A model generated the notes under the pieces. It saw nothing but the letters and a program-made list of their open reading frames with translations, ran no database searches and had not been told where the DNA came from. From Anaeromyxobacteraceae bacterium (GTDB taxonomy: Bacteria > Myxococcota > Myxococcia > Myxococcales > Anaeromyxobacteraceae): DNA of 64,000 bases. Shown here one piece after another: positions 45,517 to 61,395 of the stretch. The DNA is taken from the NCBI GenBank assembly GCA_032654565.1, contig JAULAX010000009.1, positions 224,001 through 288,000 on the forward strand, written 5' to 3'. The translations under genes were made by a program, and so were the position numbers. Each line of letters starts with the position of its first letter. Position 1 is the stretch's first letter.

Positions 45517-46068
45517 CTACCGCCACACCTCGTAGAGGCGCCCCTTGTGGCCGGGCTCGCGCAGCTTCAGCCCCGACCGCTTCACGGCGTCCCCGCACTT
45601 GGGGCCGATCCAGCAGCCCTTGGGGTTGCTGCGCCGCCAGCTCTTGCGGAAGAGCTGGTGGACCTCGTCGAAGATGGAGTTGAGCGCCCGCGGCTTGCCC
45701 TTCAGGTCCATGGTGGCCCCGGTCTGGATCAGCTCGGCCCAGATCCGCCCCCCCTCCAGCTCGCCGGCCTCGTTGAGCTGGCAGCGCTCGTAGTGGAAGA
45801 CCGGCGAGGGGATCTCCTCGATCTTGAGCATGCCGCGGTCGGGGCCGCGCTTGATGGGGTGGACCACCACCGGCGCCAGCCGCTCGAAGGCCAGGTAGTA
45901 GCTCCCCTGGTCGAGGTCGGCCACCAGCGCGGCGTCGGGGTCCACCACCAGCGGCTTCCAGTCGGGGGGGAAGAGGTCCGGGTAGAGGGTGACGTCGTGG
46001 CGGGCGAGCAGGCGGAAGAACGCCTTCTCGTCCTCGGGCACCATGAAGAAGTCGAGCTTGGAGGCCAT
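45517..46068 (-). CDS. Hypothetical protein
   Basis: 183 aa with globular-protein composition, in an operon-like arrangement. Confidence 0.7.
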   Translation of the reverse strand: MASKLDFFMVPEDEKAFFRLLARHDVTLYPDLFPPDWKPLVVDPDAALVADLDQGSYYLAFERLAPVVVHPIKRGPDRGMLKIEEIPSPVFHYERCQLNEAGELEGGRIWAELIQTGATMDLKGKPRALNSIFDEVHQLFRKSWRRSNPKGCWIGPKCGDAVKRSGLKLREPGHKGRLYEVWR

Positions 46069-46081
46069 CGGGGAACGGACT

Positions 46082-47218
46082 CTACACCGCCCGGCGGGCC
46101 AGCGCGTCGTACCCCTGGGCGATGCGGGTGGCCAGGATGAGCAGCTCGCCGAGATCGGAGGGGTCCACCAGCTCCCCGCGCCCGTTGTCGGCGTAGAGCA
46201 CGTTGACCACCCGCCCCAGCGCCAGGATGGGCACCACGAAGGCGCTCCTCGGCACCCCGCCGCCCAGCGCCTTGAGCAGCCGCATGTTCGACTCGGTCCT
46301 GGGCAGCGGCCCGAGGAAGTGGCTCTGGGTGGCCACCACCGTCGCCACCACCCCCTCGGAGGTGAAGGGCTGGCGGAGGCGCTGCACCGGCTCCACCTCC
46401 ACCCCCGGCCCCAGCCCCACCCAGCCGTGGATGCCGTCGCGCCGCACCGTGAGCAGCAGGGCCCGCTGGAAGCGGGAGCGGGCGTAGCGCAGCACGGTGC
46501 GGGCGATGGCGCCGCGCTCCGCCACCCCCTCGAGCAGCTTGACCGCCTCGTCGAAGCCGAGCGGCGAGGGCTCCACCTCGTCGGTCAGGTCGATGGGCGG
46601 CAGGTCGTCCGGGACCAGCGACAGCGGCGGCGGCCCCAGCGGCGACGGGAAGGGCGGCGGGGTGGGGATCCCGGTGAGGCCGACGTGGCCGTAGAGGGCG
46701 TGGAAGTCGTCCTCGCCGATCAGGTCGGGCCCGGAAGGGGCCCGCGGCGCCCGCGCCGCCACCGACCGCAGCGTCTCCAGGCCGCGCTCCTCGCGAAAGA
46801 GGCCGTAGGACCGGGCCAGCAGGCGCCAGAGCCGCGCCTCCGGCACCACGAAGGGGTGGAGCTTGCGGCCGGTGGCGAAGGCCACCTCGTCGAGCACCGC
46901 CACGTTGCCGGGGTCGGTGGTCAGCAGCACCAGCTTGCGGGGGGCGGCCCGCAGCGGCACCACCTCCCAGCGGTCGGCCTCGTCCGGGGTGAGCAGCTCC
47001 AGCGCCGCCAGCTCCGGCTGGAGGTCGCCGAAGAGCGCCGGCAGCCCGTGCCGGTCGCCCAGGGCGTGGGCCAGCCGCTCCTCGGTGAGGGCCCCGGCCT
47101 CCAGCAGGTTGGTGCCGAGCCGGGCGCCGAAGACGGCCTGGGCCCGCAGCGCCTCCTCCACGGCGGCGCGATCGCACTCGCCCCGCTCCACCAGCAGCTG
47201 CCCGAGGCGCGCCGCCAC
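46082..47218 (-). CDS. MshEN/GspE-N domain protein without ATPase (putative c-di-GMP receptor)
   Basis: RLGQLLVERG...ALRAQ-x5-RLGTNLLEAG tandem motif; no Walker A; GTG start. Confidence 0.75.
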   Translation of the reverse strand: MAARLGQLLVERGECDRAAVEEALRAQAVFGARLGTNLLEAGALTEERLAHALGDRHGLPALFGDLQPELAALELLTPDEADRWEVVPLRAAPRKLVLLTTDPGNVAVLDEVAFATGRKLHPFVVPEARLWRLLARSYGLFREERGLETLRSVAARAPRAPSGPDLIGEDDFHALYGHVGLTGIPTPPPFPSPLGPPPLSLVPDDLPPIDLTDEVEPSPLGFDEAVKLLEGVAERGAIARTVLRYARSRFQRALLLTVRRDGIHGWVGLGPGVEVEPVQRLRQPFTSEGVVATVVATQSHFLGPLPRTESNMRLLKALGGGVPRSAFVVPILALGRVVNVLYADNGRGELVDPSDLGELLILATRIAQGYDALARRAV

Positions 47219-47219
47219 C

Positions 47220-48635
47220 CTACCCCCGCCCCGGGCGCGTCTGCCGCGCCGGATCGAGCAGCCGATCCGCTTCACGCTTCGTCAACAGCCCCCGCTCCAC
47301 GGCCAGCTCCCGCACCGGCCGGCCGCTGGCCAGCGAGGCCTTGACCAGCTCGGCGGCCCCGGCGTAGCCGAGCCGCGGGGCCAGCGCCGTGGCCAGGCTG
47401 ACCGTCCGCTCGGCGTAGAAGCGGGCCCGCGCCGCGTCGGCGCCGAGGCCGCGGGCGCAGCGCCTGTCGAAGGCGGTCACCGCGGCGGCCAGGATCTGCA
47501 GCTGGTGGCAGAGGTCGAAGGCCACCAGCGGCATCATCACGTTCAGCTCCAGCTGGCCGGCGGCGGCGGCGGCGGCGATGGCGCCGTCCAGCCCCATCAC
47601 CTGGTAGCAGACCATGGCCAGCATCTCGGCCATCGAGGGGTTGACCTTGCCCGGCATGATCGACGAGCCGGGCTGGACCGCGGGCAGCCGGAGCTCGCCG
47701 AGGCCGGTGGCCGGGCCGCTGCCGAGCAGCCGCACGTCGCCGCCGATGCGGAGCAGCTCCACGGCGGCGCCGCGCAGGGCGCCGGAGAGGGCCACCATGG
47801 GGCCGAGCGACTGCATGGCCCCGGTGAGGCTGCGGGCCGGCGAGAGCGGCACGCCGGTCAGGCGCGACAGCTCAGCCACCACCAGCCCCTGGTAGCGCGG
47901 GTGGGCGTTGACGCCGGTGCCCACCGCGGTGCCGCCGATCCCCAGCAGCGACAGCTCCGGCAGGGCGTCGCGCACCCGCCCGGCGGCGAAATGGAGCGAG
48001 GCCGCCCAGCCCTCGACCTCCTGGCCGAGCCGGATGGGCGTGGCGTCCATCAGGTGGGTCCGCCCCGACTTGACGATCCCGTCCCAGGCGCGCGCCTTCT
48101 TCTCGAAGGTGGCGGAGAGGCCGAGGAGCGCCCCGATCACCTCCGGCGCCAGCTCCAGCGCCGCCAGCCGGATGGCGGTGGGGACCACGTCGTTGGTCGA
48201 CTGCGCCATGTTGACGTGGTCGTTGGGGTCGACGAGGGCGTGATCGCCGCGGCGCCCGCCCAGCAGCTCGGCGGCGCGGCCGGCCAGCACCTCGTTGACG
48301 TTCATGTGGTGCGAGGTGCCGGCGCCGGCCTGGTAGACGTCGACCACGAACTGCTCGCGCCAGCGCCCGCCCAGCACCTCGCGCCCGGCCGCCTCGATGG
48401 CCCGGGCCACCGGGCGGGGCAGCAGGCCGAGCCGGGCGTTGGCCCGCGCCGCGGCGATCTTGATCCGGACGGTGGCGTCGATGAAGGCCGGATGGGCGTG
48501 GAGCCCGGAGATGGGGAAGTTGGCGACCGCCCGGGCCGTCTGTGCACCCCAAAGGGCTGCGGCCGGGACGGGCAGCTCGCCCATGGTGTCCCGCTCGACG
48601 CGGGTCCGGATCGAAGGTCTCCCCCTTTTGGCCAT
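47220..48635 (-). CDS. Aspartate ammonia-lyase / class II fumarase family lyase
   Basis: WGAQTARA, AGAGTSHHMNVNE, QSTND, KSGRTHLMDA and GSSIMPGKVNP. Confidence 0.92.
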   Translation of the reverse strand: MAKRGRPSIRTRVERDTMGELPVPAAALWGAQTARAVANFPISGLHAHPAFIDATVRIKIAAARANARLGLLPRPVARAIEAAGREVLGGRWREQFVVDVYQAGAGTSHHMNVNEVLAGRAAELLGGRRGDHALVDPNDHVNMAQSTNDVVPTAIRLAALELAPEVIGALLGLSATFEKKARAWDGIVKSGRTHLMDATPIRLGQEVEGWAASLHFAAGRVRDALPELSLLGIGGTAVGTGVNAHPRYQGLVVAELSRLTGVPLSPARSLTGAMQSLGPMVALSGALRGAAVELLRIGGDVRLLGSGPATGLGELRLPAVQPGSSIMPGKVNPSMAEMLAMVCYQVMGLDGAIAAAAAAGQLELNVMMPLVAFDLCHQLQILAAAVTAFDRRCARGLGADAARARFYAERTVSLATALAPRLGYAGAAELVKASLASGRPVRELAVERGLLTKREADRLLDPARQTRPGRG

Positions 48636-48682
48636 GTAGGGGGAGAGCCTAGCCCATTGCCCACTTGGGGCGCGAGGGGCCG

Positions 48683-48994
48683 CTACTCGACGGCGATCTC
48701 CTGGGCCCGGGCTGCGCCGTCGATCACGTACCAGACCCGCACCTTCTGGCCGGCGGCCAGCCGGGCTGGCGAGCCAACGGGCTGCCCGGCGGCGTCGAAG
48801 ACCTGCACCTCGGCGCCGGCCTTGAAAGTGACCACGCCGGCGACGCACTGGACCCGCAGCTCGGCCTTGACGGCGTCGTAGCCGAGCACGGCGCCGGCGT
48901 CGAACTTGGTCCGGTCGGTGACCTGGGCGAGGCGTGGCGCCGGGAACGGAAACGGGGCGACGGCGAGCAGCAGGGCGGCGAGCAGGGCGGTCAT
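48683..48994 (-). CDS. Hypothetical exported beta-strand protein
   Basis: Signal peptide; LAAGQKVRVWY. Confidence 0.6.
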   Translation of the reverse strand: MTALLAALLLAVAPFPFPAPRLAQVTDRTKFDAGAVLGYDAVKAELRVQCVAGVVTFKAGAEVQVFDAAGQPVGSPARLAAGQKVRVWYVIDGAARAQEIAVE

Positions 48995-49144
48995 GTGCCG
49001 AGTATGGCGGTTCTGGCGCCGCTCGCCAACGGGCTGGTGGCTCCGTCCCGACGGGTCAGGCCGGGGGGCGCGAGCGGCGCCTCCCGGTGGAGCGGCCTGG
49101 GAGGGTGGGGCGCCGGGGCGGCGCAGCGGTTACAATGTGGGGTC

Positions 49145-49471
49145 ATGGCCGAGCGCAACCGTCCTGGGGGAGGAGCCGACACCGCGGCCCCCAAGACCCG
49201 CACCCGCAAGAAGGTGGCCCGGCCGCCGCTCTTCAAGGTCCTGTTGCACAACGACGATTTCACCACCCAGGAGTTCGTCGACTGGGTGCTGGTGACCGTC
49301 TTCCGGCACGACGCCGAGACGGCCCACCGCATCATGTTGAATGTTCATATGCACGGTGTCGGGGTGGCGGGTATCTATCCAAGAGAGATCGCCGAGCACA
49401 GGGCAGAGAAGGTGATGTCCCTGGCCCGGGAGGCGGAGTTCCCCCTCCTCTGTACGATCGAGCCGGAGTGA
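49145..49471 (+). CDS. clpS: ClpAP adaptor ClpS
   Basis: FKVLLHNDDFTTQEFV, IMLNVH, EIAE and FPLLCTIE. Confidence 0.95.
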   Translation: MAERNRPGGGADTAAPKTRTRKKVARPPLFKVLLHNDDFTTQEFVDWVLVTVFRHDAETAHRIMLNVHMHGVGVAGIYPREIAEHRAEKVMSLAREAEFPLLCTIEPE

Positions 49472-49473
49472 CG

Positions 49474-51765
<2,292 letters not shown>

Positions 51766-51906
51766 GACGAGGACCTCCCCGGGCACATCCCGCCGCACCC
51801 ATCGTCCCGACCAGTCGGGGGGCCCCTTGTCGAGCCTCGCCGGCGGGGGCGACACTTTGCGGCGGCCGGTTCCGGGGCAGCCCCGGATGGCCCTCGGAGG
51901 ATTCGG

Positions 51907-52287
51907 GTGCCGATCGTCGTTTCCTACCTGGAGGCTGAGCAGGTCGTGGAGTGCACCTACTCCGGCGAGGTCGGCCCCGCCGAGCTGGCCCAGTCCATCC
52001 TGTCCGCGGTCGAGCTGGGCAGATCACGCGGGACCTTCAACGTCATCACCGATCTGACCGCGCTCGCCGCCGGCCCCTCGGTCGGCGACCTCTACGAGGT
52101 GCCCAGGCTGTTCGAGCGGCTGGGCCTGCCGCGCACCCTGCGCGAGGCCATCGTCGCCCCGGCGCTCTCGACGTTTGCCGCCGACGTCCAGTTCTACGAG
52201 GACGTCTGCAGCAACCGCGGCTGGATGGTCCGGGTCTTCCCCGACCGCACCGGCGCCCTGGCCTGGCTGGCCAAGGACCCGGCCTGA
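51907..52287 (+). CDS. STAS/SpoIIAA-like small protein
   Basis: NVITDL...REAIV...FYEDVCSNRGWMVRVF...ALAWL; SD GGAGG. Confidence 0.65.
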   Translation: MPIVVSYLEAEQVVECTYSGEVGPAELAQSILSAVELGRSRGTFNVITDLTALAAGPSVGDLYEVPRLFERLGLPRTLREAIVAPALSTFAADVQFYEDVCSNRGWMVRVFPDRTGALAWLAKDPA

Positions 52288-52332
52288 ACGAACCGGCGGC
52301 GACGAGCCGCTGACGCCCCGTCGGGGCCGCGA

Positions 52333-52364
52333 TTCTGAGAGCCTTCTCATGGTGGCCCCATGAG
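52333..52364. promoter_or_regulatory. Candidate OmpR-family regulator box upstream of the efflux operon
   Basis: TGAGA-N4-TCTCA palindrome; TTCTGAG/TTCTCAT direct repeat with 11-bp period; CTCATGG-N5-CCATGAG. Confidence 0.45.
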
Positions 52365-52396
52365 CCGCGCTTGAGGTCGACGCTAGAAGTGACGGC

Positions 52397-53647
52397 ATGT
52401 GGGCCGTCCCCCTCCTCGCACTCGTCGCTCTCGCCTCCCCCCCCCTCGAGGCGAAGGCTTCGATCACCTTCGACGAAGCGCTGGGCCTGGTCGCCGCCTC
52501 CCCCGCGGTGACCAGCGCCCTGCGCGCCGTCGAGGTGAAGCGAGAGGGGGACGCCCACGTTTCCTCCCTCCCCTCCAACCCGCTGGTGCTCCTCCAGCCG
52601 GCCGTCGCGCCCAGGGACGCGGCGCGCCGGCCGGAGGGGCAGCTGTCCCTCTCCGTCCCCCTCAACCTCTCCGGGCTGGGCGGCGCCCGCCGCGAGGCCG
52701 CCTCCCGCGAGACCGACACCCTCGACGCCCAGGGACGCGCCGAGGCGCTCTCCCGGCGGCTCGACGCCGCCCGCGCCTGGATCGACCTCTGGGCCGCCGA
52801 GCTGGCCGAGCAGCTCTCGCGCGAGGAGCTGGCGCTGGCCACCGAGCTGGCCGACCGGACCCGCCGCGCCGCCGAGTCGGCGGCCCTGACCCGGGCCGAC
52901 GCCGCCGACGCCGACGCCTACCGGGCCGAGGCCCAGCTGCTGGCGCTCTCGGTGGAGGGCGAGGTCACCGACCTGGGCCTGGCGCTCTCCCGCGCCGTCA
53001 GCCGCGCCACCCCGGTGGTGCTCTCCACGGTGGGCCAACTCCCGGCGCCCGAGGTGCCGGAGCGCGAGCGCTGGCCGTCGCTGCTGGCGGCGGCCGGGGC
53101 CCTCCCCGCGCCCCGGGCGCTCCGGCTCTCGGCCGAGGCGGAGCGGGCCCGCGCCGTGGAGGCGCGCGCCGTCCGCGGCCTGGAGGTCTCGCTGGGCGCC
53201 ATGGCCCAGCGCGATGCCCAGGGGCGCGACGTCTTCCTCGGCACCGTCGGCTTCTCGCTCCCCTTCTTCGAGCGCGGCGCGCGCGAGGCCGCCCCGCGCG
53301 CCGCCGAGGCGGTCCGGCTCGACGGGGCCGCGGTCGACGCCGCCCGCGTCGCCGCCACCGAGCTGGCCCGCGCCCTCCACGAGGTGGAGCACTCGGCCGA
53401 GGTGCTGCGCGCCATCGAGACCGGCCTGGTGCCGGCCGCCACCGAGAGCGCCCGGCTCCGCGAGGCGGCCCTGAAGGCCGGGGACGCCACCGTGCTCGAG
53501 GTGCTGGTCTCCCGCCGCGCCGCCGTCCAGGCCCGGGCCCGCGCCATCCGCGCCCTGGCCGGCTACGCCTGGGCCCGGGTGCGGGTCACGCTGCTGCTCG
53601 CCCAGCTCCCTTCCATGTCCGCCACGCCGTCCGGAGGTCAGTCTTGA
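52397..53647 (+). CDS. TolC/CzcC-family outer membrane efflux protein
   Basis: Signal peptide, helical repeats, SLPFFERG and AGDATVLEVL; first gene of an RND operon. Confidence 0.82.
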   Translation: MWAVPLLALVALASPPLEAKASITFDEALGLVAASPAVTSALRAVEVKREGDAHVSSLPSNPLVLLQPAVAPRDAARRPEGQLSLSVPLNLSGLGGARREAASRETDTLDAQGRAEALSRRLDAARAWIDLWAAELAEQLSREELALATELADRTRRAAESAALTRADAADADAYRAEAQLLALSVEGEVTDLGLALSRAVSRATPVVLSTVGQLPAPEVPERERWPSLLAAAGALPAPRALRLSAEAERARAVEARAVRGLEVSLGAMAQRDAQGRDVFLGTVGFSLPFFERGAREAAPRAAEAVRLDGAAVDAARVAATELARALHEVEHSAEVLRAIETGLVPAATESARLREAALKAGDATVLEVLVSRRAAVQARARAIRALAGYAWARVRVTLLLAQLPSMSATPSGGQS

Positions 53648-54854
53648 GCCACGCCGAAACATCCTCGTCCTACCGGGTCATCGGGAAGCTGAAGCCCGCG
53701 GCCACCGCCGCCGCTGCGCCGCGCGAGCCCTTCGACCAGCTGGTCGCCAAGGTCGTCGCGGTGGTCTCCGGCGCCATCGTCGTGGCCACCGTGGGGCTGC
53801 TGGTGGCCTCGGTCCTGTCCGGCTGCGCCCCGCCGGCCCAGGCGGCGAGCACCCAGGCGCCGGCCCCGACCGCCACCCCGGCCCCCCTTCCCCCCACCTC
53901 GGCCCGCACCCCGTGGGTGAAGGCCCGCAGCGCCGACGGCGTCGCCCTGCTCGAGGCGCCGGCCCGCGTGCTGGGCGGGCCCGACGGCCAGGCCGCCGTG
54001 GCCCCCACCTTCCGCGCCCGTGTCACCCGCATCCTGGTCCGGGCCGGCGAGCAGGTGACCCGCGGCCAGGTGGTGGCCCTGGTCGCCATGCCCGACGTCA
54101 TCCAGGCGGCCGGCGCCTACGCCGCCGCCACCACCCGGCTGGAGGCCTACCAGCGCCGCAAGGAGCAGCTCGACGCCCTCCGCAAGGACGGGCTGGTGAA
54201 GCTCTCCGACCTGCTCGAGGCCGAGACCAGGCTGGCCGAGGCCCGGGCCGACCAGCAGACCGCGCTCGGCACCCTGCGCGCCGCCGACCTCGGCGCCGCC
54301 GACGTGGCGCGCCTCCTCGACGGCAACGGGGAGGTCGCCATCCGCAGCCCCATCGCCGGCACCGTCACCGAGGTGCGCGCCTCGCTGGGCGAGACCCGCG
54401 AGCCCTCCGGCGAGCCGCTGGCCCGGGTCGCCGCCGGGGGCGAGTCGCGCGTCGAGGCCCGCCTGGCCCACGCCCCGCCGCCGGGCGCCCGCTTCGAGTT
54501 CGTCACCGCCGCCGGGGAGCACCACCCGCTCACGGCGCTCGGCCACGCCCCGGTGGTCGACGGCCGCGACGGCACCACCGCCGCCTGGTTCGCCCCGGCC
54601 GCCGGGGCCCGCCTGCCCTCCGGGCTGGCCGGCACGCTGGTGGTCCGGCTCGACGGGACGGCCGCCGCCATCCCGGCCCGCGCCGTGGCGCTCGACGCCG
54701 GGAAGGCCTACGTCGTGCTCAACGGCCCGGGCGGGCCGAAGCGCACCCCGGTGGAGGTGCTGGCCTCCTCCGGCGCCGACGCCCTGGTGCGCGGCGGCCT
54801 GAAGCCGGGTGACGAGGTGGCCGCCGACGCCGCCCTGGCGTCGCGGGGCGACTC

Positions 54855-54858
<4 letters not shown>
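53644..54858 (+). CDS. RND efflux periplasmic adaptor (CzcB-like); start uncertain (TTG)
   Basis: ILVRAGEQVTRGQ, IRSPIAGTV, AIPARAV and GLKPGDEV. Confidence 0.82.
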
Positions 54859-58655
<3,797 letters not shown>

Positions 58656-58659
<4 letters not shown>

Positions 58660-60050
58660 GGCTGGCGGCGCGGCTCTGGGTCCTGGGGGCCCTGCTCCCC
58701 GCCGCCGCCCTGCTGGCGGCGGTGCTGGTGGCCGGCCGCTTCCTCGAGGCCCAGCTGGAGGGGACGCTCGACCAGGCGCTCCTCTCCCAGGCCGCCATCG
58801 AGTCGGTCAGCCTCTTCGACGGGCCCGGCGGCGTCCCGCACCTGCACATCCAGGACAGCCCCCTCGGCGCCCAGGTCCGGGCCTTCGCCCCCAGCGGCGC
58901 GCTCTACGGCCCCGACGGCGCGCTGCGGATCCGCTACCCGGCCGACCCGTCGCCCGACGGCGCCCCGGCCACGCTCCTCCCCGGCCGGCTCGGCGACCCG
59001 GCCACCCTGGCGGTGCGGCGCGCCCCCTCCGGCGAGCGGCTCCGGGTGCTCTCCGTGACGGTGCGGAGCCCGGGCGGGGATCCCCACGCCCTCCAGGTGA
59101 CCGCCTCGCTGGCCCAGGTGGACGCCTCGGTCACCGCCTTCCGCAAGGTGGGGCTGGTGGTGGTGCTGCTGCTGGCGGCCGCGCTGGTGGCGCTGCAGAC
59201 CATCCTGGCGCGGCGCCTCTCGCTGCGGGTGAACCGGCTGACCCGTCACATGACGGCGCTGCGCGAGGGCGACCTGGAGGCGCCGCCGCCGCTCGACGCC
59301 GGGCGGGACGAGGTCGGCGAGCTCTCCCGGGTGGTGGCGTCGGCCACCGACCGGCTGCGCTCGGCGCGCGCCGGCCAGGAGCGGCTCATCGCCGAGGCCG
59401 CCCACGAGCTGCGCACGCCGCTCACCCTGGTGCGCACCACCATCGATGTGGCGCTGCGCCGCCGCCGGACCCCCGAGGAGCTGGAGCAGGCGCTGCGCGA
59501 CGCCCGGGACGAGGTGGACCGGCTGGCCAAGCTCTCGTCCCGCCTGCTCGACCTGGCCTCGGCCCGGCGCGGCACCTGGGACCGGTCGCCCGGTGACCTG
59601 GCGCAGGTGGCCCGGGAGGCGGCCGAGGCGGCCCGCGCCGACGCCGAGGGGCGTGGGGTGCTGGTCACCGTCGTCGCCCCGGCGCCGGCCCCGGCCAGCT
59701 TCGACCGGGATGGCGTGCGCCAGGCGCTCGACAACCTGCTGGCCAACGCCGTCCGCCACAGCCCGGCCGGGGGGACGGTCACCGTGGAGGTGACCGCGGG
59801 GGCCGGGGCCGAGGGGGCGCCGCTGGTCCGCATCACCGTGCGCGACGAGGGGCCCGGGATCCCGCCAGCCCTGCACGACCGGGTCTTCGAACCCTTCGCC
59901 CGAGGCGCGGGGGTCTCCGGCGCCGCCGGCCTGGGGCTGGCCATCGTCCGCGACGTGCTCCGCGGCCACGGCGGTCGCGCCTACGTCGCCCCTACCGGCT
60001 CCGGAGCCACGGTGGTCCTCGAGCTCCCCGCCGCCGCCGCGCCGGCCTGA
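58656..60050 (+). CDS. HAMP sensor histidine kinase
   Basis: Two TMs, DEVGEL, AHELRTPL, NLLANAVRH, DEGPGI and GLGLAIV. Confidence 0.93.
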
Positions 60051-60090
60051 GCCCGGCGCCGCCGGGGCCTCCGCGCCGGTCCGCCCGCCC

Positions 60091-60669
60091 TCAGCTCCAC
60101 GAACAGCGGTACTCGCAGAACGGCCCGCCGCGGGCCCGGCACTGCACCTCCTCGACCTTGACCTCGGTCCCTCCGCACAGCTCGATGGCCCGCTGGTGCC
60201 AGCCGATCACCGTGAGACAGTCGGTGGCCGAGGCGATCTCCGCCCCCTCGGTGCGCAGCACCGCCGACCGCTCGCCGGTCTTCTGGTAGGTGCGCGTGCC
60301 CACCGCGTAGTAGGCGGCGTAGATGCGCGGCGCCGCCGCCAGCAGGAAGTGGGGGTCGCCCTCGCGGAGGTAGGGGCGGTGGACCCCCTTGAGGTTCTGC
60401 TCCGCCGAGGACCGCCCCATCTCCAGGAAGACCCGCGACCTGTCCCCGGGGGAGAGCACCGTTGCGATGGCGGCGTCGAGCCGCAGGTTGAGGTCGAGCG
60501 GGTACCAGGTCACCGGCAGGATCATCCCGGAGAGGACGGCGCGGTCCTCGGCGGGCAGGCTGGCCAGCACCTCCATGAAGCGGGCCTCGCCGGCCACCTC
60601 GCGGACGTACTGGATGCGGCTGAGGAGGATGTGCCCCTTGATGCGGCTCCCGGTCTGCGGTGCGGCCAT
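60091..60669 (-). CDS. Myxobacterial TIGR02265/DUF2378-like protein with V4R-like C-terminus
   Basis: IKG..., TWYPL, C...GW and CRARGGPFCEYRCSW. Confidence 0.7.
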   Translation of the reverse strand: MAAPQTGSRIKGHILLSRIQYVREVAGEARFMEVLASLPAEDRAVLSGMILPVTWYPLDLNLRLDAAIATVLSPGDRSRVFLEMGRSSAEQNLKGVHRPYLREGDPHFLLAAAPRIYAAYYAVGTRTYQKTGERSAVLRTEGAEIASATDCLTVIGWHQRAIELCGGTEVKVEEVQCRARGGPFCEYRCSWS

Positions 60670-60851
60670 CTGTTCCACCTCGGCGCTGCGCTTCGAGACG
60701 CCTGGCCGGCGCCACGGCGTGGCGCCTCCAGGGTGCGTCTGTGGTTTACCTGCCCCCACATCGCCGCCGGCGATAAATCTGGCGCCCGATCGGGTTGAAG
60801 TATCATCATCCTCCTCGCCGGCCTGGCCGGCACTACCCCGCCGGAGGCACC

Positions 60852-61376
60852 ATGAGAAGGATCTCGTTCGGACTGCTCGCCCTCGCCCTGCTCGCCTCGC
60901 CGGTCACCGCCCGCGCCGGCTTCCTCCTCGAGGCCTCGGTCGGCTCCGGCGTCCGCGCCGGCATCGGCGACGTCGAGCGCATTCCCACCAACGCCATGCT
61001 GGCCGTCGGCTACGGCTTCACCAGCATGCTGAAGCTGGAGGTGGGCGCGCTGGCCAACCTCGGCGACGCCAAGGCCGGCTTCTCCAGCGGCGGCTCCAAG
61101 GTCGACGTCGACCTGCGCGGCATGGTGGTGGTCTCGCCGCCGCTCTTCCCCCTCTACCTGCGCGGCATCGCCGGGGTCACCTCGCTGAGCGTCAAGCCGG
61201 CCAAGTTCACCTACGGGGCCGCCCTGGGCGTGGGCTTCGGCCTCTTCGGCATCGGCGCCTTCGGCGAGGTCGGCGCCATGCAGCACCGCTACGAGATCAC
61301 CCTGCCCGCCGGCGGCGGCACCGTCGGCAAGGACGGCTGGCAGATCGAGGGCCGGCTGGGCATCTCCATCGGCTGA
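60852..61376 (+). CDS. Small outer-membrane beta-barrel protein
   Basis: SD GGAGG, signal peptide ending ARA, amphipathic beta strands, C-terminal EGRLGISIG. Confidence 0.7.
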   Translation: MRRISFGLLALALLASPVTARAGFLLEASVGSGVRAGIGDVERIPTNAMLAVGYGFTSMLKLEVGALANLGDAKAGFSSGGSKVDVDLRGMVVVSPPLFPLYLRGIAGVTSLSVKPAKFTYGAALGVGFGLFGIGAFGEVGAMQHRYEITLPAGGGTVGKDGWQIEGRLGISIG

Positions 61377-61395
61377 CCCGGCGGGGCCGGCTCGC

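Noticed and set aside
60769..60776. GGCGATAA as a sigma28 -10 element
   Set aside because: No TAAA-like -35 at 15-bp spacing; a TATCAT hexamer at 60801 explains the promoter better.
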